Of a stretch of 64,000 bases of DNA, positions 54,742-64,000 are shown piece by piece (position 1 is the first letter of the stretch; every line of letters starts with the position of its first letter). The notes beneath the pieces were generated by a model, which searched no databases, was not told the origin of the DNA, and saw nothing but the letters and a program-made list of their open reading frames with translations. This DNA is from an uncultured Actinomycetes bacterium (GTDB lineage: Bacteria > Actinomycetota > UBA4738 > HRBIN12): NCBI GenBank assembly GCA_963704885.1, contig CAVPIB010000004.1, forward strand, positions 999,261 to 1,063,260. The letters are read 5' to 3'. The position numbers and the translations under genes are program-made.

Positions 54742-54770
54742 TTGACAAAGGGGCGAGTTTCTTATCTACT
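54742..54770 (+). promoter_or_regulatory. candidate sigma-70-like promoter (TTGACA ... TATCTA/TCTACT) upstream of the M28 peptidase gene, in the TetR divergent region
   Basis: TTGACA at 54742-54747. A -10-like TATCTA at 54763-54768 (15-nt spacer) or TCTACT at 54765-54770 (17-nt spacer). Strong SD GGAGGAG before the ATG at 54818. Confidence 0.3.
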
Positions 54771-54817
54771 CTGGCAAAGAATCGGGGTGTCGGCGCTTCA
54801 GGAGTGGAGGAGACGTT

Positions 54818-56857
54818 ATGAGACTCGTATCCGTTGGAGGCAAGGTCGCGGCCGGGATCGCGGTCGTCACCATGCTCGCGCTGGGTCTCGGGCCCATCCC
54901 GGTCGAGAGGGCCGCCGCCGATCCGTCGCTCGTCGACAGCCTCGACATGGGCTACGTGCGGCAGGTGACGAAGCACCTCACGACGATCGGCTCCGTGCCG
55001 GGCGGATTCCGTGTCGCCGGCACGCCCCAGGATGAGGAAACCGCCGACTACCTCGCCGACCAGATGGATGCGATCGGACTAGAGGATGTATCTGTCGAGA
55101 CGCTCACCGTGGACGGGTGGCTCTTCGAGGGCGCTTCGGTCCGGGTGAAGGGATCAGGCCTCGACCGCACCTTCCGGGCATCATCCCTCGGAGGCATCCC
55201 CGGCACCCCGTCCGGAGGCGTTTCCGGGCGGATCGTCCCTGTCGGGTACGGCACCGCTCCCGAGTACCGTGGTCTCGACGTCGAGAACAAGATCGTGTTC
55301 GCCTGGTGGGACTACGACAGCGAGGGCATCTGGCCGAACTACATCGCGTACGAGGCGAAGGCCCATGGCGCCAGAGCCGTCATCATCGCCTCGGCCCCGG
55401 CGAACGGGTGGTACACCGCGGGGGACGGACGGGCGCTCGGTAGCAACGACGCGGAGTGCAGCACTACCCTCTGCGTCCCGCTCGTCGTCATCAGCCGGCG
55501 CTCGGCGGCGAAGCTCGTCGACGCGCTCGACACGGGCCGGGTGCAGGGCACCGCCGAGCTGAACGCTCAGAACCTCCTCGACGCGACGGGCCACCAGCCG
55601 ATCGGCCAGATCACCGGCACCGAGTATCCGGACCGGGCGATCGTGTTCACGGCACACCAGGACGCGTGGTTCACCTCGGCCGCCGACGACTCGGTCGGCG
55701 TCGCGATGATGATGGCGATCGCGAAAGCGGCGATCGACAGCGGGTACCAACCGAAGTACACGTGGATCTTCGCTCCCGTCACCGGAGAGGAATACGGGCT
55801 GGCCGACGCCTACTACGACTGGCTCCAGGGCGCGTTCCACCGGATCACGTCCTCGCACACCGAGTGGCAGACGCAGGCGATGGCCGTGCTCAACTGGGAG
55901 GTCCACTCTCCGCCCTACTACCTGGGGGCAGGGGTCCCGCGCGAGCTCCGCTCGTTCCTCGGCGGGTCGCTCGCCTCTAGTCAGGCGGACGGGCTGATCG
56001 ACGGATTCAGGCTCTCAGAGGTCTACGCCTGGAACGACGGGTTCACTTACACGGCCGAGGGTGCGCCCGCCGTTACGTTCGCGGCCGCCGGCCCCGACTA
56101 CTGGGGTCGCTACCACACGGACTACGACTCGCTCGAGACCCTCGACTTCAAGGCGCTCGAGCCGGTCCTGCAGGCCGAGACCCGGGTGGCGCTCGACCTG
56201 GACGACACCCTGATGCCGTACCGCTTCGGGGGAAGGATCAACAACCTGGAGGCAAGCATCGACCCGGCATCGATGGCTCGCTACGACGCCGACGCTCAGG
56301 GGGTGGCCGACGCCACCGCCAGACTGAAGGCCGCATGGCAGGCAGCGAAGGACGCGACACCCTCCGTCTGTGCTTCGATCGCTCTGCGGGAGGCGACCAG
56401 GATCTCGGACGACCAGCTCACCGCGTTGTCCTTCTCCGACGACACGATCTATCCGCATCAACAGGTCCAGTGGGATCTCTATCTGCTGGCTGCCGCGATC
56501 CGACAGCTTTCCCACGGCCGGGCGCAGAAGGCCGCAGGTTCGATCGCGGGTATCGACCTGAACGGGCTGGCACCGATCCTGAGCCGGGCGCCGTTCCTGG
56601 AGGAGCTGATGCACCACGACCCGGGATACGAGCGCATCTCGTGGGGAGCGCAGGGCCAGTTGTCTGATCCGATCGACCTCTACGGCGTGTGGCACAAGGT
56701 CGCATCGTCACGGCCCGGAGCGGACTTCGAACAGCAGATCGAGCGCCTGCGGGCGGCCCGCGCCGCGACGATCCCCGTCTATCGCGGTCGGATCGACGGG
56801 CTCATCGCAAGCGTGAACGACGTGGCGGCCGAACTCGAGGCGGTGGCTGCCTGCTGA
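54818..56857 (+). CDS. secreted M28-family peptidase with a PA (protease-associated) domain
   Basis: Signal peptide. PA-domain region, then M28 zinc-ligand regions ...FTAHQDAW... and ...GEEYGL... 679 aa. Confidence 0.82.
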   Translation: MRLVSVGGKVAAGIAVVTMLALGLGPIPVERAAADPSLVDSLDMGYVRQVTKHLTTIGSVPGGFRVAGTPQDEETADYLADQMDAIGLEDVSVETLTVDGWLFEGASVRVKGSGLDRTFRASSLGGIPGTPSGGVSGRIVPVGYGTAPEYRGLDVENKIVFAWWDYDSEGIWPNYIAYEAKAHGARAVIIASAPANGWYTAGDGRALGSNDAECSTTLCVPLVVISRRSAAKLVDALDTGRVQGTAELNAQNLLDATGHQPIGQITGTEYPDRAIVFTAHQDAWFTSAADDSVGVAMMMAIAKAAIDSGYQPKYTWIFAPVTGEEYGLADAYYDWLQGAFHRITSSHTEWQTQAMAVLNWEVHSPPYYLGAGVPRELRSFLGGSLASSQADGLIDGFRLSEVYAWNDGFTYTAEGAPAVTFAAAGPDYWGRYHTDYDSLETLDFKALEPVLQAETRVALDLDDTLMPYRFGGRINNLEASIDPASMARYDADAQGVADATARLKAAWQAAKDATPSVCASIALREATRISDDQLTALSFSDDTIYPHQQVQWDLYLLAAAIRQLSHGRAQKAAGSIAGIDLNGLAPILSRAPFLEELMHHDPGYERISWGAQGQLSDPIDLYGVWHKVASSRPGADFEQQIERLRAARAATIPVYRGRIDGLIASVNDVAAELEAVAAC

Positions 56858-56972
56858 GCACAGCCTCGAGCGAACATCCGGTCTGAGGCTCGAAGCGTTG
56901 AGTTCGGCGTGTGACGGCCGCGAGCCGGATGGGGCAGACTGAACCTTCTCTTCCAAAGGGGGGCTCTGGCCC

Positions 56973-58346
56973 ATGAGGACGCTCATCACCGGCGGTACCG
57001 TCGTCACCGCCATCGAGACCACGCAAGCCGACGTCGTTATCGAAGACGAGAAGGTCGCCGCGATCGGCCGGGGTATGAGCGTCGAGCCGGACGTCACGAT
57101 CGACGCCACCGACCGATACGTGATGCCGGGTGGCGTCGACGTCCACACTCACATGGAGCTGCCGTTCGGCGGAAGCTTCTGCTCGGACGACTTCGAGACC
57201 GGCACCCGCGCCGCGGCGTTCGGCGGCACGACCACGATCGTCGACTTCGCGGTGCAGGACTACGGCGAGGGTCTGCGCCAAGGTCTGGATCGGTGGTTCG
57301 CCAAGGCGCAGAACGCCTGCACCGACTACGGCTTCCACGTGATCGTCCGCGAGGTGAACGACCAGGTCCTCAAGGAGATGGACGAACTGGTCGGCGAGGG
57401 AGTCACGTCATTCAAGCTGTTCATGGCATATCCGGGTGTGTTCATGCTGGACGACGCTTCGATATTCCGAGCCATGCGCCAGGCGGCCGACTCGGGCGCG
57501 CTGATCATGATGCACGCCGAGAACGGCGGCCCGATCGACGTGCTGGTCCGTCAGTTCCTGGAGGAAGGCAAGACCGATCCCATCAACCACGGCCTGACGC
57601 GCCCCGCCGTCATGGAGGGCGAAGCTGTGCACCGGGTGTTCAAGCTGGCCGAGCTTGCGGGCACGCCTGCCTACATCGTCCACCTGTCCTCGCGGGATGC
57701 GCTGAACGCGCTCCGCGAGGCGCGCGATCGCGGTCAAGCCGCCTTCGCGGAGACGTGTCCGCAGTACCTCTATCTGAGCCAGGACGACATGGCGAAGCCG
57801 GGCTTCGAGGGCGCGAAGTACGTCTGCTCACCACCGCTCCGCACGGCCGACCACCAGGAGGAGCTCTGGATGGGGCTGCGCTCCGGCGACCTCTCGGTCG
57901 TGTCCACCGATCACGCGCCGTTCAACTACGAAGGTCAGAAGGACCTGGGCAAGGGGGACTTCTCCAAGATCCCGAACGGGCTTCCCTCCGTCGAGGATCG
58001 GTTCACGCTGCTGTACGGAGGGGTCGAGGCGGGCCACATCGACCTGAACCGCTTCGTGGAGCTGGTGGCCACCGCGCCGGCCAAGATGTTCGGCCTCTAC
58101 CCGCGCAAGGGAACGATCGCGCCGGGATCCGATGCCGACATCGTGGTTTTCGACCCGAAGAAGGAGCGGACGATCTCCTCGTCCACCCACCACATGCGCG
58201 TGGACTACTCGGCCTACGAGGGCCGCGTGGTTCGCGGGCTCCCCGAGGTCGTCATGCAACGCGGCGAGGTCCTGGTGAGCGGCGGGGAGTTCCTGGGCAA
58301 GCCGGGACAGGGACGCTTCCAGCCCAGGAGCCGGCTCACGGCGTAG
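56973..58346 (+). CDS. dihydropyrimidinase / D-hydantoinase
   Basis: ...PGGVDVHTHM... and cyclic-amidohydrolase signatures, with the carboxylated-lysine context ...FKLFMAY... 457 aa. Confidence 0.88.
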   Translation: MRTLITGGTVVTAIETTQADVVIEDEKVAAIGRGMSVEPDVTIDATDRYVMPGGVDVHTHMELPFGGSFCSDDFETGTRAAAFGGTTTIVDFAVQDYGEGLRQGLDRWFAKAQNACTDYGFHVIVREVNDQVLKEMDELVGEGVTSFKLFMAYPGVFMLDDASIFRAMRQAADSGALIMMHAENGGPIDVLVRQFLEEGKTDPINHGLTRPAVMEGEAVHRVFKLAELAGTPAYIVHLSSRDALNALREARDRGQAAFAETCPQYLYLSQDDMAKPGFEGAKYVCSPPLRTADHQEELWMGLRSGDLSVVSTDHAPFNYEGQKDLGKGDFSKIPNGLPSVEDRFTLLYGGVEAGHIDLNRFVELVATAPAKMFGLYPRKGTIAPGSDADIVVFDPKKERTISSSTHHMRVDYSAYEGRVVRGLPEVVMQRGEVLVSGGEFLGKPGQGRFQPRSRLTA

Positions 58347-60636
58347 CCGTGGCAGTCGGCGGTCCGGACGAGGTCCGTGGCCCGACGAGCCCGACGAGGT
58401 CGTCGGGCTTCACCGGTACCCGGTTCAGCTCGCGTCCTGTCGCATCTCGCAGGGCGGCGACGATGGCCGCGGTGGCCACGACGGTCGACGGCTCGCCGAC
58501 GCCCTTCGCACCGAAGGGCACGCCCGGCTCCGGTTCCTGCACCAGCACCGTCAACATGGGCGGCATGTCGAGGATCGTCGGGATCAGATAGTCGGTGAAC
58601 GACGCGTTGCGGATGTGGCCATCCTCGAGTAGCAGCTCCTCCATCAGCGCCAGACCCAGGCCCTGCGCCGTCCCGCCCTCGACCTGTCCCTCCACGCTCT
58701 TGGGGTTGAGCGCGTTGCCGACGTCTTGGGCGGCGGCTATCTGGATCACGCGGACCAGTCCGAGATCCTGATCCACCTCCACGACCGCGCGTTCGACCGC
58801 GAAGGCGAACGAGACGTGGACATCCCCCTGTCCCGACTCGTCCATGGGTTGGGTAGGACGGTGGTGATAGACGCGGGTCGCTTCGATGGGCTCGCCCAGG
58901 AGATCCGCGACCGAACCGAGCGCGGACCCCTCGGCCAACACCTGTCCCCCGTCCAGGCGTAGCTCGACGGCCCGGTCGATCGAGGGCGTTCGGGCCCGCA
59001 CACGATCGAAGAGCTTGTTGCGCACGGCGGCGCACGCGAGCTGCACCGCCCCTCCAGACATCATGGTCTGCCGCGAAGCCGAGCTGGAACCCGCGGAGCC
59101 GATGCTCGTGTCGGATGGATCGAGGATCACTTCTTCCACACCCAGCTCGCTGCGAGCGATCTGCATCAAGACGGTGTGCACACCCTGGCCGACCTCCGCC
59201 GCCGCGCTGTGTATCTCCACGAGCGGCCCGTCGGCTCCCATCGAGAGCCTGACGCTCGCCTCCGACGAGTCGTCGAACCCCTCGCTGTAGGCCGTGTTCT
59301 TGTACCCGACCGCGAAGCCGACACCGCGTCTCAAGCCCTCACCGTGCCCGACGTTCTGCGCTCCCCCCGGGACGGTGATGGGATCCCTTCCGTCCAGACC
59401 CGCCGCCCGCTCGGGCGGCATCGGGATCGCCGCGCATCGCTCGATGAGCTCCCTGACCGGCGCAGTCCCGCCGATGACCTGGCCCGTGGGCAGGGTCGAG
59501 CCGGTGGACAGGGCGTTCTTCAGGCGGAGCTCGACCGGGTCCATGCCCAGTGCGTGGGCGAGCTTGTCCATCTGTCCCTCGTAGGCGAAGCAGGCCTGGA
59601 CCGCGCCGAACCCACGCATCGCGCCGCACGGCGGATTGTTGGTGTAGACGCCCGTCCCTTCGATGAGCGCATTCGGAACCTCGTAGGGCCCGCATGCGAA
59701 CGTGGCGGCGTTTCCGATCACGGCCGTCGACGACGAGGCGTAGGCTCCTCCGTCCATCAGCAATCGGGCCCGGACGTTGACGAGGCTGCCGTCAGTGTTG
59801 GCTCCGTGACGCATCCAGATCCGCGAGGGATGGCGATGCACGTGGCCGAGGAAGGACTCGGCACGTCCGTACGACATCTTCACGGGCCTGCCGGTGTGCA
59901 GTGCCAGCATGCTCGCGTGTATCTGCATGCTGAGGTCCTCGCGTGCGCCGAACGCTCCGCCGACCCCCGCGAGATGCACGCGGACCTTCTCTTCGGGCAG
60001 ACCCAGGCAGGGTGCCATCTGCTGGCGGTCTACGTGCAGCCACTGGGTGGCGACGTAGACGTCGATCCCTCCGTCCTCGGCGGGCACCGCCAGACCCGCC
60101 TCCGGCCCCAGCGGCGCCTGGTCCTGCATCCCCGTCTCGTAGTAGCCCTCCACCCACACGTCGGCATCCGTATCGGGATCGCCGTGGACGATGCGGACGT
60201 TGCGCAGGATGTTGCCGAGCCCCGCGACCTTCGGCGCGTCGGGCCTGAGCGCCTCCTCCATGTCGGTGACGGCCGGGAGGATCTCGTAGTCCACCACCAC
60301 GCTGGCCGCCGCCCGTCGAGCCAGCTCCGGATGCTCGGCCGCCACGATCACGACCGGCTCTCCCACGTACCGCACCTCGTCCCAAGCCAGGACGGGCTGG
60401 TCGGCGACATCCAGGCCGTACGTCCTCTTGCCGGGAACGTCGTCGGCGGTGAGCACGGCGTAAACCCCGGGGCTCGCCACCGCGCCCGCCACCTGTATCG
60501 AGCGGATCCTGGCGTGCGGATGAGGGCTGCGGAGCGTATGTCCCCAGAGCATCTCGTTCGCCCACAGGTCGCTCCCGTAGGCGAACGAACCCTTGGTCTT
60601 GGGGATCCCGTCTATCCGCGCGACGTCTTCCCCCAT
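58336..60636 (-). CDS. xanthine dehydrogenase / aldehyde oxidase-family molybdopterin-binding subunit
   Basis: Start at MGEDVARIDGIPKTKG (ATG at 60636). a/b-hammerhead and MoCo-binding domain motifs are present. The upstream 243 codons of the 1009-aa track ORF are antisense to the next gene. Confidence 0.85.
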   Translation of the reverse strand: MGEDVARIDGIPKTKGSFAYGSDLWANEMLWGHTLRSPHPHARIRSIQVAGAVASPGVYAVLTADDVPGKRTYGLDVADQPVLAWDEVRYVGEPVVIVAAEHPELARRAAASVVVDYEILPAVTDMEEALRPDAPKVAGLGNILRNVRIVHGDPDTDADVWVEGYYETGMQDQAPLGPEAGLAVPAEDGGIDVYVATQWLHVDRQQMAPCLGLPEEKVRVHLAGVGGAFGAREDLSMQIHASMLALHTGRPVKMSYGRAESFLGHVHRHPSRIWMRHGANTDGSLVNVRARLLMDGGAYASSSTAVIGNAATFACGPYEVPNALIEGTGVYTNNPPCGAMRGFGAVQACFAYEGQMDKLAHALGMDPVELRLKNALSTGSTLPTGQVIGGTAPVRELIERCAAIPMPPERAAGLDGRDPITVPGGAQNVGHGEGLRRGVGFAVGYKNTAYSEGFDDSSEASVRLSMGADGPLVEIHSAAAEVGQGVHTVLMQIARSELGVEEVILDPSDTSIGSAGSSSASRQTMMSGGAVQLACAAVRNKLFDRVRARTPSIDRAVELRLDGGQVLAEGSALGSVADLLGEPIEATRVYHHRPTQPMDESGQGDVHVSFAFAVERAVVEVDQDLGLVRVIQIAAAQDVGNALNPKSVEGQVEGGTAQGLGLALMEELLLEDGHIRNASFTDYLIPTILDMPPMLTVLVQEPEPGVPFGAKGVGEPSTVVATAAIVAALRDATGRELNRVPVKPDDLVGLVGPRTSSGPPTATATP

Positions 60637-60685
60637 ACCCCCCCGGGTGCGATCCCTCAGGCGCGTGTCACTCAAGGTCGACACC

Positions 60686-62041
60686 TCAGCTCTTCCCCGC
60701 CAGGCGCCGCCCGACCCGCCGGGCTTCGGCCGCAACCTCGTCCTCATCGACGTTGGCCAGGCGGCCCTCACGAACGACAACCCTGCCCTCCACGAAGAGA
60801 TGCCGCACCTGCTTGGGAGCGCACAGGAGCACCGCCGCGACCGGGTCGGCCTCGGCGCCGGCGAAGCCGAGGCCATCCAGCCCGACGAGAGCGATATCGG
60901 CTCGCTTCCCGGGCTCGAGCGATCCGATGTCGTCCCTGCCCAGGCACGCCGCGCCGCCCCGCGTTGCCACCCGCAGGACGTCACGGGCGGCCATAGCCTC
61001 CGCGCCTCCGAACGCTCGCGCCGACAGCAGAGCCTGACGCGACTCGGCGAGCATGTTGCCGATGTCGTTCGACGCCGAGCCGTCCACACCCAGGCCGACG
61101 ATGGCGCCCGCGTCGAGGAGCGATCGGGCGGGAGCGATGCCCGAGCCGAGCCGCATGTTCGACGAGGGACACCAGGCGACACCGGAGCCGGTCTCCGCGA
61201 TCCTGTGGATGTCTGCGTCGTCCAGGTGCACGCAGTGGGCCAGCCAGACGTCTGGCCCCAACCAGCCTTGTTCCTCGAGCAGTTCGATCGGACGTTTCCC
61301 GAAGGTCTCCAGGCAGAAGGCCTCTTCGTCCTTCGTCTCGGCGATGTGCGTGTGGAGCCTGACACCCAGACGACGAGCGAGCTCGGCCGACTCGCGCATC
61401 AGCTTGTCGGTGGCGGAGAAGGGCGAGCACGGAGCCACCCCGATCCGCAGCATCGCGCCCGGCTCGGGGTCGTGGAACCGCCCGACCGTATCCTCGGTCT
61501 GCGCCAGGATCGTGTCGGTCTCCTGAACGACCGAGTCGGGCGGCAGCCCTCCCGCCGAGCTGCCCAGATCCATCGAGCCCCGGCAGGGGTGGAACCGCAG
61601 GCCGATCTCGGCCGCCGCCTCGATCTCGGTTTCCAGCAGCTCCCCCGCCCCCTGGGGGAACACGTAGTGGTGGTCCGCGGTCGTGGAGCATCCGGAGAGG
61701 GCGAGCTCGGCCAGGCCCACGGCCGACGCCGCACGCATCCACTCCTGGTCGACGCCGGCCCACACGGGGTAGAGCTCGGTGAGCCAACCGAACAACCCCT
61801 GGTCGGCCGCCCGAGCCCGGGTCATGGTCTGGTAGAGGTGGTGGTGCGTGTTCACCAGACCGGGGATGGCCACGGTGCCGCGGCCGTCCACGCGCTCGGC
61901 TCCCTCCGCGCCGGGGGGCGCACCCGAACCGGCCCATGCGATGACGCCGTCGTTCACAAGGATGGAGCCCCCTGCGATCTCGGATCCTCGGTCGTCCATG
62001 GTCACGACGACCTCGCACGACTCGATGAGCACCTGGCCCAC
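60686..62041 (-). CDS. amidohydrolase of the guanine/8-oxoguanine/chlorohydrolase deaminase type (SsnA/TRZ-ATZ-like)
   Basis: ...PGLVNTHHHLYQT... (HxH), ...HTHIAET... and the C-terminal ...GVDGSASND... metal-ligand region. Confidence 0.8.
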   Translation of the reverse strand: MGQVLIESCEVVVTMDDRGSEIAGGSILVNDGVIAWAGSGAPPGAEGAERVDGRGTVAIPGLVNTHHHLYQTMTRARAADQGLFGWLTELYPVWAGVDQEWMRAASAVGLAELALSGCSTTADHHYVFPQGAGELLETEIEAAAEIGLRFHPCRGSMDLGSSAGGLPPDSVVQETDTILAQTEDTVGRFHDPEPGAMLRIGVAPCSPFSATDKLMRESAELARRLGVRLHTHIAETKDEEAFCLETFGKRPIELLEEQGWLGPDVWLAHCVHLDDADIHRIAETGSGVAWCPSSNMRLGSGIAPARSLLDAGAIVGLGVDGSASNDIGNMLAESRQALLSARAFGGAEAMAARDVLRVATRGGAACLGRDDIGSLEPGKRADIALVGLDGLGFAGAEADPVAAVLLCAPKQVRHLFVEGRVVVREGRLANVDEDEVAAEARRVGRRLAGKS

Positions 62042-62548
62042 CTAGCTCGCCTCCTCGGGCATCCGCTCCGCGGCGAGCCACACCGCATCGAGGATCTTCG
62101 CGTACCCCGTGCAGCGACATAGATTGCCCGACAGCGCCTCTCGAACAACGGGCTCGGTCGGCGCCGGGTCATGCTCCAGCAGGTCGGTCACGGCCACGAT
62201 CAGGCCCGGCGTGCAGAACCCGCACTGAACCGCGCCCGCATCGACGAACGCCCGCTGTACAGGATGGACCTGGTCGGTCGCCGCGAGCCCCTCGACCGTT
62301 CGGACCTCTCGCTCATGCGCCTGCGCCGCCAGGACCAGGCACGAGCACACCAGCTCGCCGTCCAGCCAAACGGTGCACGAGCCGCATTCGCCTTGTTCGC
62401 ATGCGTTCTTCGACCCGGGCAGGCCCATCTCCTCCCGCAGCACATACAGGAGGTTGGAGCCGGGCCAGACGTCGGCCTCCCGCCACTCGCCGTTGACGCT
62501 CACCCGGATCAGCACCGCCACCCCCCGGTCATGTTCGCTCGATCCCAT
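62042..62548 (-). CDS. (2Fe-2S)-binding small subunit of the xanthine-dehydrogenase-family enzyme
   Basis: CEQGECGSC (plant-type ferredoxin cluster I) and CGFCTPG...CRCTGY (cluster II). The start was chosen at [21 protein letters not shown]. Confidence 0.85.
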   Translation of the reverse strand: MGSSEHDRGVAVLIRVSVNGEWREADVWPGSNLLYVLREEMGLPGSKNACEQGECGSCTVWLDGELVCSCLVLAAQAHEREVRTVEGLAATDQVHPVQRAFVDAGAVQCGFCTPGLIVAVTDLLEHDPAPTEPVVREALSGNLCRCTGYAKILDAVWLAAERMPEEAS

Positions 62549-63407
62549 CCCGGCGCGACGCCAGGGCCCACCCCAGCGCACGTCGCGCCAGGACCAAGCA
62601 TGCGTGTCGCCGGTACGCGGCCGACCCTCGCACATCGTCGATAGGTCTCGCCGCGGCCGCGACCCGTTCGGCGAACCCCTCTATCTCCTCCGAGGCCAGA
62701 GCCGCCGCCGGCTCGTCCCATGTGCCGGACCGAGCCAGCGCCTCGGCCACGAACACCTCAGCGTCGGGCGCACGCAAGACGGTCGGTCCCACGGATCCGA
62801 GGGCGACGCGGACCGCGCGGGCGTCCTCGTCCAGCACCAGACACAAGCCGGCCACCGAGATCACCATGGCGTTGCGCGTCCCTATCTTCGAGAACGAACC
62901 TGGCCCGCGAACCGCTCGCCATCTGGCGCCCAGGATCAGCTCTTCGGGTTCCAAGGCGGTCTGTTTCGGGCCGAGGTGGAACTCGTCCCAGCGCAAGGTC
63001 CGGGTGCGCCTCGCGCTCACGAGGACTATCTGCGCGTCGTAGGCGGCGAGCACCGGTAGCGCATCGCCGGCGGGCGAACCGGTGCCCAGATTGCCTCCCA
63101 CCGTTCCGCGGGTGCGGATCTGTGGGGAGCCCACCGTCCGGGACGCCTGCGCGAGCGGCGTGAGATCGGACAGCTCTCGCAGGATCCGGCCATACGTCAC
63201 GCCCGCCCCGAGGAAGATGGCGCCCTCCTCTCGCCTCCACTCGCGCAGCTCTGGCAGGCGGCAGATGTCGATCATGATCTCCGGCCGGCGCAGGTCGAAG
63301 TTCAGCTCGACCATCACGTCAGTACCTCCGGCTATCGGGAGCGCTCCCGGGTGGGCGGCCCTCATCTCCAGGGCCTCGTCGAGCGTCCGCGCCAGCAACA
63401 CATCCAT
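62529..63407 (-). CDS. FAD-binding subunit of the xanthine-dehydrogenase-family enzyme (CoxM/XdhB-like)
   Basis: Start at MDVLLARTLDEAL (ATG at 63407, AAGGGGA SD). ...LPIAGGTDVMVE... FAD_binding_5 motif. Ends with the CO-dehydrogenase flavoprotein C-terminal domain. Confidence 0.85.
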   Translation of the reverse strand: MDVLLARTLDEALEMRAAHPGALPIAGGTDVMVELNFDLRRPEIMIDICRLPELREWRREEGAIFLGAGVTYGRILRELSDLTPLAQASRTVGSPQIRTRGTVGGNLGTGSPAGDALPVLAAYDAQIVLVSARRTRTLRWDEFHLGPKQTALEPEELILGARWRAVRGPGSFSKIGTRNAMVISVAGLCLVLDEDARAVRVALGSVGPTVLRAPDAEVFVAEALARSGTWDEPAAALASEEIEGFAERVAAAARPIDDVRGSAAYRRHACLVLARRALGWALASRRDGIERT

Positions 63408-63418
63408 GAAGGATCCCC

Positions 63419-64000
63419 TTAGAACTCCCCGTCGGCGAAGGCGTCGATCATCGCAGGCACATCGTCTCCGACCGGGTAAAGGATCGGGCAGGTGCAGCCG
63501 GCCTCGACGTACTCGCGGACCTTCGCCCTGCACTCGTCGGGCGTTCCCGCGGCGGAGATCAGCTGCACTGCTTCGTCTGGCACGAGCTTCATGGCGCGGT
63601 GGATCTCCTCCGGTCCCGCCGGCCACGTGAGGACCTTGCCGATCTCCTCGATCAGTGCAGGGTCGATGCCGCTCGCCTTCATGATGTGCGGCTGCTGGCC
63701 AAGGTATTGCGTGAGCAGCTCACGAGCTCGATCGAGCGCGACGTCTCGATCGTCGTCGAGCGAGCACACGACCAGCTGCGGACGATCGATGTCTTCCACA
63801 CTTCTACCTACGCGAGCCGCTCCGGCGGCCAGAGCGCGCATGGCCTCCTGGTTGTATAGAGGTCCCACCATGTAGTTGAGCACCACTCCGTCCGCGATCT
63901 CGCCGGCGAGCTCCATCATCTTCATCCCGGTCGCTCCGACGTAGATCGGAACGTTCTTCGGCGAGCGATCGCCGTGCACGATGTCGATCTCGATGTCGTC
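63419..64000 (-). CDS. LLM-class flavin/F420-dependent oxidoreductase, C-terminal part (the gene continues beyond the window end)
   Basis: Open to the window edge. C-terminal LLM motifs ...[19 protein letters not shown]... Confidence 0.75.
   Translation of the reverse strand, partial: DDIEIDIVHGDRSPKNVPIYVGATGMKMMELAGEIADGVVLNYMVGPLYNQEAMRALAAGAARVGRSVEDIDRPQLVVCSLDDDRDVALDRARELLTQYLGQQPHIMKASGIDPALIEEIGKVLTWPAGPEEIHRAMKLVPDEAVQLISAAGTPDECRAKVREYVEAGCTCPILYPVGDDVPAMIDAFADGEF

Noticed and set aside
59176-62122. Plus-strand ORFs 59176..60996 (606 aa) and 60593..62122 (509 aa), and the 243-codon upstream extension of the Mo-subunit ORF to 61365
   Set aside because: They are antisense to, or out of frame with, the XDH-family Mo subunit and the amidohydrolase. 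The Mo subunit family start MGEDVARIDGIPKTKG is at 60636.
1-64000. CRISPR arrays, insertion sequences, prophage and restriction-modification or other recognisable defence genes
   Set aside because: I looked for short regularly spaced direct repeats, transposase or integrase motifs (DDE, tyrosine recombinase), phage structural or terminase genes, and methyltransferase motifs. None was found. The only nucleotide repeats are the short coding tandem repeats and the operator-like palindromes reported above.

Overview
High-GC (visibly above 65%) chromosomal window with the gene content of an actinobacterial-type genome; no organism is assigned. From the six-frame track and my own reading I support about 62 protein-coding genes, one tRNA-Ala (anticodon CGC) and two clear hairpin terminators, plus several candidate operator or promoter sites. 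I saw no rRNA, CRISPR array, transposase, integrase or phage structural gene. Most genes are housekeeping or catabolic: a MoaC/MoeA/GalU block, MTAP, UppP, a two-component system, a TldD/PmbA pair, an M19 dipeptidase, an M28 peptidase, a dihydropyrimidinase and a split xanthine-dehydrogenase-family cluster. Many long ORFs in the track are GC-rich antisense or frame-shadow artefacts and were rejected. The most unusual items are listed here.
- A gene fusing an APH-type kinase to an AGXT2L-type PLP phospho-lyase (4447..6819), inside a tight cluster with a class-III aminotransferase, a secreted PhoX/DUF839-like protein and a translationally coupled decarboxylase/MBL/amidohydrolase operon.
- An array of four evenly spaced 16-bp palindromes (TGTCAACCGGTTGACA) in the 3'-3' intergenic region at 1443..1580.
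- An operon placing a Fic (HPFxDGNGR) enzyme ahead of a small membrane-anchored protein and an 835-aa signal/TM/coiled-coil/Pro-Lys-repeat protein.
- An HD-GYP protein with a degenerate HHAAYDASGYP motif, translationally coupled to a 665-aa HEAT-repeat protein.
- A secreted GH25 muramidase with a tandemly duplicated C-terminal domain.
- A DUF3291 gene with an apparent 1-nt frameshift at its 5' end.
- A MarR gene whose divergent promoter carries repeated CTTGACATC boxes upstream of a small ORF.
Functional calls rest on motif and domain recognition by eye. No database search was run.
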